Assembly (NCBI RefSeq): GCF_009914755.1
Contig: NC_060928.1
Reading direction: 5' to 3' (one strand)
Length of the DNA: 64,000 nucleotides
Source of the DNA: the human T2T-CHM13v2.0 reference genome, Homo sapiens
Below are positions 1 to 13,986 of this stretch, piece by piece. The notes below the pieces were generated by a model. The model saw only the letters and a list, made by a program, of their open reading frames with translations. It was not told the DNA's origin and made no database searches. Position 1 is the stretch's first letter. Each line of letters begins with the position of its first letter. Made by a program: the position numbers and the translations under genes.

Positions 1-397
1 CTGGATTAAGAAAATGTGGCACATATTCTTAATGTGTGCCATGGAATACTATGCAGCCATAAAAAAGGATGAGTTCATGTCCTTTGCAGGGACATGGATG
101 AAGCTGGAAACCATCATTCTCAGCAAACTATCACAGGGACAGAAAACCAAACACTGCATGTTCTCACTCATAGGTGGGAATTGAACAATGAGAACACTTG
201 GACATAGGGTGGGGAACATCACACACCTGGGCCTGTTGTGGGGTGGGGGGAGGGGGGAGGGATAGCATTAGGAGAAATACCTAATGTAAATGACCATTAA
301 TGGGTGCAGCACACCAACATGGCACATGTATACATATGTAACAGACCTGCATGATGTGCACATGTACCCTAGAACTTAAATTATAATAAAAAAAAAG
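1..397 (+). mobile_element. L1PA 3' end with poly(A), truncated by window edge
   Basis: ORF2 end and 3'UTR (atgagttcatgtcctttgcagggacatggatgaagctggaaacc), G-rich tract ~238-261, tail at 385-397. Confidence 0.97.
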
Positions 398-2356
398 TAA
401 GACTCATGGTCTTGTCAAAAACAGCTTCCTAGAATTACTTCGTCTTTGTCGAAAGCCATAGAAAATATATCCTGCGTAGGAGTTTTTGAACTTGCCCTTA
501 AAATCTGCCTGAACCCTAATCTTCCTGAATTATCTTCTGCTGTTAAAAGTCAATTGCATAGAATCTGAGGGGATACAATAACAAATTATAATGTTTTATG
601 TTGATGAATTCATTTGTAGGAGTCACATCAACTTGATTATTGACAATATGGATGCTAAGTTTTGGATCTCTATGATGTTATCGAAATGTGAGATGATCCA
701 GTCTCCTTGTTCATGAAAAATGATGAAAATGTGCCATGGTGGAAAAGGAGTGGGTAGTGCCACTGATCAATGCCATCTGCAGATTTTTAAAATATAGTTT
801 TTAGAAATTTGGGCCATAACAAATTAATAAGGAGTTTCTAGGGCTTCCAGTATATGGCATGGATACAACACTAATTTTTAAAGGAGATTTACAACTCTTT
901 TTTATTATTTGGTTTTTAGAAGGCATTTCTTTACTCATTAATAAAAAGAACCACTCATCTGTTCCTCATAGGCATAAACAATAGGGAAATGGATAGCCTT
1001 ATTCACTGCTGCTGAATGTCTCCATCTGGATATATTTGATAGTATCTCAGGGCAAATATTTAAATGCCACTGCCTCAGTATATTTCTTAACATTGGGAAA
1101 GAGCACATCCTGAGTGAGACCCTGTAGGGAAGTACCTAGTAACGGTATTCAGGATGGCCGCCTCCGTTTTTGACAGATCACTTTGTAAAATAAATAAAAC
1201 CTATTATGCCAGGAATCTAAGCTTTGTCTAGAACTTCCAATGGCAAGTTCTCTGTATATAAAAGTAACAATGGCACCATTCAATCAACCACTTTTGCCTT
1301 AGTAATATTAAGCAAGAAAAGCTAAGTAGTTGTTTTAAATAGAATGAAAAGGACAGGAGGAGAGTGAAGATACTATTTGTTTAAGTGGAACAGCTTGGAA
1401 ATAAAAATAGTCCTGTCATATATACAGAATGGTAAGAGGAATGATTTGATCAATGCAATTATTTATTGCCTGCCTACTCTGCCCAACTTGGTTCCAGTTC
1501 TCACAGCACTTGCATTGATCAAAAGTTAATTGCAAGGGCCTGTCCTGAAAAACAGCAAACAAATAAAAAATGTACAGTTTAGTATAATATTTAGTAAGAG
1601 CTTATATACGTTGTAGGCACTCACTGTGCTAGATATTAGGACACAAAGAAGAAAAAGACATGGTTCTCCTCTTGTATAATTATATAAACTAATGAAGTCA
1701 TATAAGTCACTTTAGAAGACATGCTATTATAGATTCTTGTCACCATGTGAGTTGACTGTACATCAATGTGTGAGTCAGGTTCACCACACCCCGACAAAAA
1801 GATGAAGCTGACATTGCTTATGGCACAGAAAGCTCCATTGTGTGGGCCTGGCACATGAGAGAAGGTGTGCCTCAGACGTGATTGAATTCTCAGAGGATAG
1901 GGTGAAGAAGCTGGAAATGCTCTTCCTAGGAGACTGGACTGATGAGGCAGGCATCAGTCACCAGCCCACGAGAAACAAAGAGTCATTGATTCTGGTGCCA
2001 GCCTCAGGGCTTCTGCAGCAGAGTTTGCCCCAGACTATCAGATAGAGTTCATTGCCACTCTCTCTTCACCATCAGCAAGCAGAGTCAGGAATTCCTGAGA
2101 AAGGAGTGCTTGTCCAGAAGCAGAAAAGAAGAGGTTGAATGCAGGTTATTTTTTTTTACTATTATTTTGGCACTAAGTAGAATGACAAAGCAATATACTC
2201 CATGTGATTTCATAAAGCTTTCATAAAACTTCAAAAACAAGAGTGAAGAACTGATCAGTTAGTATTCCAATGAAACTAAATTATAGGTGCCATCCTTCTT
2301 ATTCATAAAACCTTCTTGTGTTCTCATTTCTTAGCTAGAGAATGGGAGAAAATGAA

Positions 2357-2649
<293 letters not shown>

Positions 2650-5600
2650 AAATGAATTTTTTTAAACAATTTTTTTTCCAAGTCATTATCCACATTAATG
2701 GGGAACGTGCTGAATTCTTTCGTGAAAATCTCACCTTTACACTGGAGATATTGGCTTCATACAAATTCTCCCAGGATAGATGATGACCTAAAAGGTATGT
2801 TCCTTTTCTCTACCTGATATTTTCTACAAAATCAATTATTTTTCTCATTCTTCATTACTGATTCTATCTCCTAGTATATTGTTGGCAGACATAAGTATAA
2901 TATGGGAAGTATGTACACTACTTTGACAGGAAGTACTAACAGTTTAATCTGAGGTCTGTGATTGGTAAGAACCTGAGTGTGGCATACATGTGTGAGCTTA
3001 GGGTTGAGTTCATGGAAGATACTGACTAGACTGAGATTCATGGGGAAAAAAATGATGACCTACATTCCACTTGGTCAAAGCAAGTATAAAGGTTATTGTT
3101 GCATAAATCAAAGATAGGCCTACATTAAGTGGAAGTCTAAAATTTTAGATTGGATTTTGAGAGGTAGACTTTCAGGGAAATGATCTTATCCTAGCTGGGG
3201 GAGATCTAACACTCTAGAGAAGGTGGGAAGGGTACAGAAAAGGCAATCATTGTGGAAAGTAGTCACGAAATGGAAATGTTAATTTCCATTAACATGAGAA
3301 AGAGAGGGAGAACTTTGCAAAACTCTCAACCTTTACAGTCAGCTTTAGGTAGCTAAAATAAATCCACAGATCCACTCTGACTTTTCATATTCCTTTCCAC
3401 ATTTGGATCTACTTCCAACATTTTATCCTCTGTGCTTTTAAATGTTGTGAAATATCTCCGAGAATTCCTTTAATGTGAAGCTTTGTTTGTTTATCTGTTT
3501 TGGCTAGCATCACTACCTCTGGGACATCTTCATCCTTTTAGTCACAATCACTTTCCTCACTTACATGGATAAATTTGCCTTCTCTGGAGTCTCTAAAAGG
3601 TCAGCAGTGTCAACATTCTCCCTGTCTGCTCTTTCTTCTATAGTTACATTTGCAACGGATTCGGATTTTACTTCCAGTGTTATCACATAACATTTATTTG
3701 TGCACTTTCGTCTTTCTTGGCCAGTTCTCTCTTGCATTTTTGTAAAATGTCATGTGAGTTTATCGCTGGGAGACAAGGAAGCAACACAGCTACATGGTTT
3801 GCTGTGTGTGCATGAACTGTAATAGTTATGCAATTACACCCAGTTAATATATTATGGTAACTGAAATAGGAATCATATTTTTGGGAGCCTAGCACTATTC
3901 AACTAATTTGTAATAACTAAAATTTGTGCATACTGTAAATGTGCAATGGGAGGGTTGCCTATATATTCAAAGGACTTACACTGTAATTGTCCATAAGCTT
4001 CTTAGCTTAATTTTAATTTTTGTACCCCTATGAAATTTGCTCTAAGGATATTTTATAACTGAGGGTGGCTTTTCTCCACTTGTTTGGAATGGTTTTCTTA
4101 CTAATTCAAAATAAGGAGGTCTTACTAGTTTTGCATATTTTTTATCTTGTGAACTGGTATGCATTGTATGGTTCTCTGCATAAGTAAATGCTATTCAACC
4201 TCAGTGATAATCTAGAAAATTTTAGTCTCCCATGAAGATGAGATGTGAATTTAGAATGCAGACAAAAGGTAATTATTTCCATGAATTCATTATAAAAAGA
4301 AAAAAATCTGAAATGTTATGCTTCCCATTTGTTTACTTGACATGATAGATCTCTTTTCCTTTCTAGCATTTTTGCAGGGCTATTTCAGCTACTCTCACTT
4401 TATTATTGGCTTTACCTAAAAATTGGACTTTTTTTCTTAAGCAAAACACGCAATTACGCCTTATAAATGTTAGGTATTTTTGGAGGGCTAAAGAAACATG
4501 TCTTTTACCTAGTGTGCTGAGAGAAGATTCCTCCAAAAAGGGACTGTCTAACTTTGACCAGCTAAGCTGCTCTCTGTCACTTCAGTGTTAGAACAACCAC
4601 ACTCCATAGGACCATCTTTTTATTTTTTGGTATATGTCTTCAATTTTCTTCCATTCATAGATCTACCAAGTGCTTCACTCACACATCTCTTCGAAGATCT
4701 GGCCAATGCAAGAAGCAGGACAAAGGCAACTCTGCACATATATGTGTGCTTTTGCTTATCAAAAACATTTTTGCCCGTCTCTAAACTTGATTGCAGTCAT
4801 TTAATGTTTTCATTTGTATCAAACAATTAAAATCTGTGTTTCCTGTATTCAATAACATTAATTAGTCAATTGCTTCAAAGCCATTTTCTTACCAACATAA
4901 CAGAGAAGAAATGTATGCTTCAGATAAGCTGGGGCTCTGAAGAATTCATTTTGGCAAAAAAGAAATATATTAAACATATGTGAGGTCAGAAAATCTACTC
5001 CTATTTCATAGTATTAATTTATTCATTCTATTAATTGGTCTTTTGTTAAGAGCTCCCTTTTTCTTTTCTCTAAGTATTCTCTAAATAGTACAGTATTTCT
5101 TCATTATCACCATGTTTCTATTTTTTATTCACATATATTTCCTTATTTATATATACTTAAAAACTATCTTTCCCTCTTAAAATTTCTTCTTTCTTTTTTC
5201 TTTCTAGAAATTGCCAGATCCTTCCCTTATAACTTCTTCTTCCTTTTTAACCTCACTTATCTTGTTACTGAAATCCCAAGAATAATGAGGCTATCTTCTA
5301 ATAAATGCCTTTAGGTGGACTGTAAAAGCTATTTTCCTTTTATAAAATTAATATGCAAAAATCAGAGTGGACCTAAATTTCTATTGTCTAGTGAGTTTAT
5401 AAGCTGAAAAGAATGAAAGTGTACAAATTATTATTAAAGGTGCCCATATTTGTATTTTTATAAACAGTGGCTCCATGTACACTTTGTCTACACCTGGGAA
5501 GGTATCTGGATTATGGCCAAAGCCAGTTTGTGGACTTCAGCTTCACCAGTAGCTTCTGCCAAGTTATTTGAGCTGAGGTAACTAAAAGAATGAGCTAGCC

Positions 5601-5934
5601 AACCATTTATTACTGAGGATAAAAGAGAAGAATTTGCATTTTCTAAAAAATTAAGATATGTATTTCTGTTATTTTTCACTCAAAAATTATTTAGCCTTTA
5701 CCATTCCCTAGAACATTACTTTGAGTGGAGTTACATCAGTGAGCATGATGGTCAAGTTTCTTGACCTCATAAAACTTACAGTCTATTGAAATTAATATCC
5801 TAACACTATTCATTTGATTTTCTGTTAATCTTTAATCCTCTCTTTGCAAGTTGCACCTATATAGCATATGCTTAGTTTCAAAAATTAAAAGAAATGAATG
5901 TTATTAGAGTTTCATAACACCCCTTGAGATACTT

Positions 5935-6073
5935 AGAGTTGCCAGAAAAAATATAGAACTCCCTGTTAAATTTGAATTTCAGATAAACAATAAATAACTT
6001 TTTATACATAAGTATGTCTTGTACAATATTTAGGTATATCTTAAATTGGATATACCTAAATCTGGAAAGTCTA
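5935..6073. mobile_element. MER53-like hAT MITE, internally deleted
   Basis: gttgccaga...gttaaatttgaatttcagataaacaa...aagtatgtc...ctaaatctgg matches the recalled MER53 consensus. Confidence 0.75.
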
Positions 6074-7092
6074 AATTAGAGAATCTCTGGATGTCATGAA
6101 AGCAGGAAGAGTGACATTCACTATCAACAGATTCACTGTGATGGCAACAGCCTGTCCAGTCTACATCCCACAACCCCTGCCATTCTCATCCCCAACCCTG
6201 GCCACCCAATAAAGAGTATTATCTCAAAATCAGATTGATACTGTACTTCAAACTAGCTAGTCATCTCATTCATCTTCAGCATATGTGCTTATTAATGTGA
6301 TGTTTTGTATATAATAGATATCATACACAGCATCCTGTCTACTATCCATACTTAAAAATATGTCTAACTGATCAAGTCATAGGAGATTACTTCCAAAATA
6401 TTCTGCATAAAGAGCAACCTGAAGGAAAATCAGTAATAAGGCATGGCTCAATTTAAGTGGCTAAATTATCACATTTATATTTTGGGTTTATAAATAGTCC
6501 TGAGTATCGATTTCGAATTAGGAGATCAAATGTTTTTATTCCAATTCTAGGACTTTTACCTTTTGTCCACATTTTGGAGGATACAGGAAAACAGAAAACA
6601 CGATCGTTATCCTCCAAAATGAACTGGTGGCCTTGCTTGACACTCTTTGTACACTTGTGAAATTGACAGGGTTTGCAGCATCTAGAAGTCAATAGGAGAC
6701 CCTTTGGGGGATAAATGCTCAAATGGGTGTTTCAAACATTAAACCTAGTAGGTGGGAGAGACATGGGCTGGGAAAATCTTGGTAGAAATGGTAGGACTTG
6801 ACAGGAAGAAACATGATCTACCATGTAATTAAAATACAAAGTGTGACATATTTTAAAGAAATACAAGTATAGAAAAACTAAGTTTATATTATAGGACTTA
6901 GTGTAGCAATGTTGCATGTGATGTCTTTAGACATTGCCTCAGTGTCAGAAATCTTATTATTGTATCATATGCTGGAAAAATTATATTAATGAAATTGGAG
7001 TCTATTTCAGTTGCTCACTCTAAGTGAAATGTAAACAGTCTGATTTTCTTCAAATTAAAGAGTTTTTTTTAAAGTATAAGAAATATATTCAA

Positions 7093-7389
7093 GGCCAGGC
7101 ACGGTGGTTCATCCCAGCACTTTGGGAGGCTGAGGCGGTCAGATCACCTGAGGTCAGGAGTTCAAGACCATCCTGGGCAACATGGTGAAACCCCGTCTCT
7201 ACTAAAAATATAAAAATTAGCCAGGCATTGTGGTGGGTGCCTGTAAGCCCAGCTACTCAGGAGGCTGAGACAGGAGAATTGCTTGAACCCAGGAGGCGGA
7301 GGGGCAGAGGTTGTAGTGAGCTGAGATCCCACCACTGCACTCCAGCCTGGGCAACAGAGCGAGACTCTGTCTCGAAAAAAAAAAAAAAA
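7093..7389 (+). mobile_element. AluS (Sx/Sz-like)
   Basis: Alu dimer with poly(A); 15-bp TSD aagaaatatattcaa. Confidence 0.95.
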
Positions 7390-8972
7390 GAAATATATTC
7401 AAAATATGAGATATTATGTGCATGTAAAATTCTAAATTATATATCTGTTTGATATGATTATGTTATGTTTTTGTTAAAAATTAACATTTTCAATAACAAA
7501 TAAACTGTAATTTTTCTTTTAATCAGTTTATTATTTTATAATTATTTAACTTCATTTTCTGATAGCTGATTTTAGAAATTCATATACCTTAACAGTTTGA
7601 GAACAGAGGATCAAAATAATTAAATGAATTTATTTACACTTCAAAATCAACAATTAGAACATTCAAACCTAAAGGAGTATGATAGATGCTAGTATTTCTT
7701 TATAAATAATCTTTTCTAAAGTCTTTGATTTTGGAATATGATCCTACTTAAGCACACTGCAAGTTTTCTTTTTTTAGCTCATTAGCATTTTGTACTTAAC
7801 TAAAAACAACAGTGAAGCTATACTTTATTCTTGGCATTTCTTCACCTAAAATAAAGCCATTGAAAGCCCCATCTTCATATAAATGTAGGTCTTATGGAAT
7901 GCCTTGGTTACTTTAGACATTTGGAAATGTCAGATCAATAGCTATGGGGGCTGGAATGTGCTACTTCACTTTAATAAACAAGAATTAGAAGGCAGGGCAT
8001 TGCATTAAGAAGATTTATGCATGAGTTGTGGGAACATAGGCAGAGACCAAAACCAGACAGATCACCATCAGTATTTTGAGTGGGAAAAGTGTTTGAAATG
8101 GACTGAGATCGCAACTGAAGAACCACTGGCAAGTTTAATTGAGGGCCATAATTCAGTACACTAGGGTCGAAATAGGGCAAAGCTATGGAGGATGAAGCCC
8201 ATTGGCTTAGCTATATAGGACGAGGTCAGGGAAGGCCAATGTCATCATCAGACAAGTTAGCAAGGCATACCGAGACTTTCTTAATGAACATAAGAAAACC
8301 AGATAAGCAGAAGCTGAGGTCTAGCTCTGAGATAATACTATCAGTCTCCATGAGTTATTTTGATAAGAGGCTATCTTTAACTTAGACCTTTTCTCTGCAT
8401 GGGCTGGTAAAACTCTTCCATCGACAGCTCTGTTACTATGTCAGTATTTCTAGGACTGTGTTTGTTGAGGCAGGTCAGAAGCTGCATTTTCAAACTCCCA
8501 AAACCTGACCCATGTTTGTGTTGGGTGCTAGTGCTCTGAGCTGAGACCTTAGCAGGGAATTTCCCAAAGGCTAAGTTCTCCAATTCCCTTTTAGCCTCCT
8601 TCATGGTACTTTTACTCTGGTCCTGCCCCCACCATCCAACATCCTGGGCTCAGGGCCAGGCTTAGCATCAGGTTTCAGATGTACGTTGCCTATAAAAATG
8701 TCTCTGAATTGGCAATAATTAGTCTGTGCAACTGTATTTAGCTCTAAAATACTATGTGTGCTGAGGGATTGCTCTTACTGGAAATAGGCCTGTGGAGATA
8801 GATTGGGAATGACATAAATATTCTCAATGAATGGAAAAGCATATCTAGAAATATTTCTTTTACTCTTTCCTTATCAAAGCTTTTAAAATGACTGAACTCT
8901 GATCTTGGGTTCCGAAGTGTCTCTGGGGAAGGTCATTTGAATCTGCTGTATTGTCAGGCTGTCTAACATCTG

Positions 8973-9575
8973 CAAGGTGATTCTCAACCTGGACTCTTGG
9001 AAATTAGCATCAGTGTTTTTTGGTTATCACAATGACAAGGGAGTAATACAAGCATTTAGTGGTGATATGGTTTGGATCTTTATCACCTCTAAAACTCATG
9101 TTGAAATGTAATCCCCAGTGTTGGAGGTAGGACCTGGTGGGAGATATTTTGGTCATGAGGGTGGATCCTCCATGAATATGTTGGTACTGTCTTCCTGATA
9201 ATGACTGAATTCTTGTTCTGAGTTTATATGAGATCCTGGTTGTTAAAAAATGTAGCGCCTCTCCCACTTTGCTCTTGCCCTTGCTACCTGATGCACCTGC
9301 CACCTCTTCACCTTCTGCCATGATTGTAAGCTCCCTGAATCCTTCCCCGGAAGCTAAGCAGATGGCAGCACCATGCTTCCTGTGCAGTCTGCAGAACCGT
9401 GATTCAATTAAACCTCTTTTCTTTATAAATTACCCATTCTCAGATATTACTTTATAGTGATACAAAATGGACTAACACAAGTGGAGAAGAGCCAGTGATG
9501 CTAAGCTTTCTATAAATGCGCAAGACAAAAATCCTGCACAACCAAGAATTCCTCTAGCACTACCATGATTAGCAA
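8973..9575 (+). mobile_element. MER20-like hAT element split by an LTR
   Basis: ttctcaacc...tttggttatcacaa...gcatttagtgg | agagccagtgatgcta...aagaatt matches the two MER20 halves either side of the MST LTR. Confidence 0.65.
9063..9479 (+). mobile_element. MST-family MaLR solo LTR
   Basis: TGATATGGTTTGGAT...ATGGACTAACACA; perfect 5-bp TSD AGTGG. Confidence 0.92.
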
Positions 9576-11729
9576 TACCTGTAGTGATTTCTAGTTGACT
9601 CCCAGGGCATTGGCACTGGCATTTGAATGAAACTTTTTCTGCTCTTCCTAAATACACTGGGGATTATCTGCTGTTACAATTTCATATTTTTGTTTTCTCA
9701 GACTCTTCATATCAGTCAACAAAAACTTGAATTCCCTCCCTCTTCCCTTTACTATTCTTCATCTTTGTTCACCCTGTTCTCTTTCCTCCACTCTTACAGA
9801 AGGAAATCTTTCATCTTCTTTCCAAAGATAACAACAGCTCCATTCAAAGCTTTGGTAACATCCCACTGCATCTCATCCTTGACTCTGTCTCTTGCGTCTT
9901 TAATACCCTGCCAGTCCCTTCTTCTCCTTAGACAAGTGCTTAAGTGTCCTTATCCCAAATATCAAATAAAAGCAAAAACCAAAACTCTTAAACCTGCCAC
10001 TTAACTCCTTAATGTTCCTTATCATTTCTTCAGCAGAAGGCTCAGAGTCTATAAACTGTTTTATGCAATCACTGCCTCTAGTTCCTCACCATCCATTGGA
10101 TTTTAAATCTCTTGTAATCTGATTTCTACCCTCTAATTCTGCTCTCTTGAGTAATGCCCAGTTGCCAGAACCACTCTCTCTCACTCTTCAAATTCCTTGG
10201 ATTTCTCTGCAAAATTGGATCCTTGATAAATCCCTTGTTAAAGATCATTTATTCTCCCTTTGCTTTAGTTTACCTCTTGATGCTCCTAGGAAGACTGAGA
10301 CCATACCAAATGAGCCCCTTCATTTTCTTGAATTCCACTTTAATATTTCACTATCTGTATAAATCCAGGATTCTCGCTGTTCCATCTTTGGGGCTCCTAT
10401 TCCTCATCCTCTTCCCATACACTGGATACTGGGCTTGGGTCCCCTCTGCTGACTGCCCTTAGCCTTCTCATCTAAGTGAATGTTCTGAAAAATACAAACA
10501 TGGCTAGCCATAACTCCTCTGTTGTACTCCAGGCCAAACTGCCAGCTTCCTGACAGATAACTCCACTTGGATGCCCACTGCTACTCCTGAAATTCAACAA
10601 AATGACATCCAAAATATTTTGGCATATTTCTTGTATAGTATTTTGTGTTTAGCGATCATTTTTATACATGACTGTTTCAGCTACCAGCCTGAGACTTCTT
10701 AAAGACAAGGATGGTTTCTTATTTTATTTCTTTTAGCCCCTAGCATCTAGCATAGTGCTTTAAAAAATGTTAATTGGATGATAAAGAAGAGTGAAGACTT
10801 GAAGTTCCTTTAGAAAATGGATTGTGTCATATCCGTGGCCCAGTGCCTAGCACAGCTATAGCACAGTGCTTAGCACAACTGTACTAAACAAATATTTTTT
10901 GAGCAAATCTGTCATCTCTTCTTCCAAAGCCACCTCTGTTTTCTTTCCTATCAATGTCAATGATACCATCATTTTCCTGGTAACCAATGTCACAAACCTC
11001 AATCTTCTCTGATTCTTCCCTGGTCCCTAAATCCAGAGTAAAGTCTGGTAAGTCTTCCTCAAAAATTTTAAATATTTCTCTTTTATTTCATTTCCACTGT
11101 CACCATGCTAGTGTGTGCTTTCATTTAGACCAGTATTTCCAATCTGCTCTCTTGCAGTCTATCAAAGGTTCATAGAAGCATACAAAGAAAATGAAAAGAG
11201 TTCTTCAGGAGCAAATATGTTTTGGAGGTAGACACTGGGTCAGATGAAAGTAACTAGGTTTTATTGCTGAGTATCCTCTCTGAACCTTTCATTTAAAAAA
11301 TATAAATATCTTCTAAGGCAGTATAATATATAGGGGTTTACAAATTTATTTTACAATGGAAGCATTTTTCTGATGCCACATCAATTAACATCTCCTGAGT
11401 GTTCCACAGAACACAAGTCTAGAAAATCTAGAACTAGACTACTAAAATAGCATTTTAATTGCTCTCTCTGACTTGAGCGACTATTTTTTCCTAATCTATA
11501 ATTTAAAATAATGCTTAAACTAGACTTCCTGAAATCCAGCTCTGATTGATAGATTATTATTTTCTTGTTCATCCACACCCCCAAAAAGGAAATTTTTAAT
11601 GACTCTCAATGACTTAACTAATAAACTTTCCAAATGTCTAGTTATTTTTAGTTTTCTGCCTTTTACAAACACTTCTGTGCCCAAGGAAATTCATTTGTAT
11701 CATAATAGAGGCATTTTGTCAAAAGACAG

Positions 11730-12293
11730 CATTGGGGCTTAGGATGCTCCACCCCAAAATATGACTGTAGGTGACCAGAATCTGCTTCTCTGGCATATTT
11801 TGAGTGGGAAATTGCATAAATTGAGTGGGAAATTGAGTGGGAAATTCTGGGAAATTGCAGACACAGGAGTAGCTCTGAAAAGCTCCCCTTTTATAAAAGA
11901 AACTTACATGTATGAAGGAAGTCTACATGAGTAAAAGTATCTGTACCAGAAAGAGACCTGCTGTGAGACAACTTTTATTACCTAAGAGACTTTTTATCTG
12001 CATAATAAGACAATCTGTATTCATCACACATTTCCTCCCCTCACCCTCCTGCAACCTCTCTCTACCATCCACTAGAAGCACCATGCCCCTATTCCTTTAC
12101 TGTAGCTCAAGATACAATAGAAGCTTCTATCATCTGGTACTTCTTCAAGTCTCATATTTTGTGGGACTCCTGTGTGCACATAAGAAATTAAATATGGTTT
12201 TTCTCCTGTTAATCTATCTTCTGTCAATTTCATTGGTACCCCAGCAAAAGAACCTAGGAAGGTAGAGGGAAGCTATTTTTTCCCTCCCCAACA
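11730..12293 (+). mobile_element. ERV1 solo LTR, MER34/MER39-like
   Basis: ttggggcttagg...ccaccccaaaatatg start and ggtagaggga...cctccccaaca end. Confidence 0.7.
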
Positions 12294-13949
12294 AAAGCAA
12301 ACCTTACATATTTTATTGCTCTTTAATTTCCATTTCAGTGAGTATTCAGCATTTGAACAAAGTATATTTTCCGTAAGAATATAATAGTTCCTTAAGTATT
12401 TGGCATTGAATGATGCTTCTTCTTGTGTAAGTAGGACTCAGAGTTAGATATTTGTGCCCACTTTTAGGTTTCTGAAGGAGATGGTTGTACAGTTCAGTAA
12501 AACATATATAGTGGCCTAAAGCTTGTGTCATCTAAACCTGCCCACTTTCTAACTTGAGTATTTAAGCAGATGGGATATATTTATTTATCTCTAAGGATAT
12601 TGATAAATTTCTACCAGTTAGTTCTACTTTCTCACCCTGTCCCCTTTGTTATTTGTAAAATGCATTTTTTGAACGTCCTGAGATTAGAGCCATTTGTACA
12701 AGGGACTGAAAACTAATTACCCTGTGTGATTCCAACCTTGTACTCATTAACAACTTGCTCTAATCAGCTGGATAACTGGCACCAACAGTGTGGGATGTTG
12801 AACTGAATCATTACTCCAGAATACAATAATTTAAAAGTAGAATGGCCGTTTTCAGTGTCTGGATAATCTTGGAATCTACACTTGAAAAGCTAAATCCTGG
12901 GAAATATCTAGACCTAGAAATACACTTTCTGATTTTGTCAACCAGAGAAGCATGTGGCCACCACATGGCTTACCTTCTGGTCAGCAATATCACCACCGTC
13001 CACCCACCTCAACCCTCACACACACATTGCTGAAATTTTCCAGAGAACAAAGAGCATGGTTTGTTATTCTTCTTAATAAACTCACCGTAGAAAGAGTAAT
13101 TCGCTCTTGATGTTTTCTCTAAGTACCAGGGAACAACACACAAAGCATCTTTCTGAGTATCTTTGAATGACTCATTTCCTGGGTGTGCTCAATCATGATG
13201 CAATCAGGAAAGCTGCAATACATTTAAATTTAAGATTTTTATTTTCTGGATAAGTAAAATTGGAGAAAAATCATATTCTTTTCGGAGGTGGGGCATCTGG
13301 TAACTTCACTAAGAAGGAAGGAGTAAATATGTTTCTAGTTGCTTTGAGCAAGCCATATGGTGCCAATCAATACCAACATTGGCCAGTGAGAGAGGTGAAT
13401 TTCACTCATGTGTTTCAAGACTTAGTCTGATCCTCTATCGTTTCCATTCCTAGATTCTACGAGATCTATTTTCTTTCTTGTATTCTCATTTAATACTTTC
13501 AAAAGATTATCTATTATCAGTTGATATTTTCTATTTTTCTGTACATTTCATCAATAATAATTTAGCCAAAGCTAATAAGAAATTCTCCTGAAAGTCTGAT
13601 CTCTAATGAATACTGAAACCAAGTTCAACACATTAAAGGAAGTAATTAAGAAGGCACCCTATTGGGTTTAGGTATGCTAGGTCAGCCAAAACAGGATTTT
13701 TTTATTTTTATGAGTTTTTGTCAAATTTAAAGTATGTCTACATTTTAAAACAAAAATTTAATGAAATTTGTTTGTAGCTATGCTACTCTATAAATATTTA
13801 TTTTTTAAATTATTCTTCATGTAACTTAAAGATGATTTTTTTTAAAATAATGGCCTAGACATGCCAATAAAAATACCTATTCAATTTGCAAAAAAAGTAT
13901 TAAATACCACAGGTATTTTCTACATAATTATATATATATACACAAGTGG

Positions 13950-13986
13950 TATGTGTGCATGTATGTGTGTGTGTGTGTGTGTGTGT
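13950..13986. repeat. (TG)n microsatellite
   Basis: Direct reading. Confidence 0.9.
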
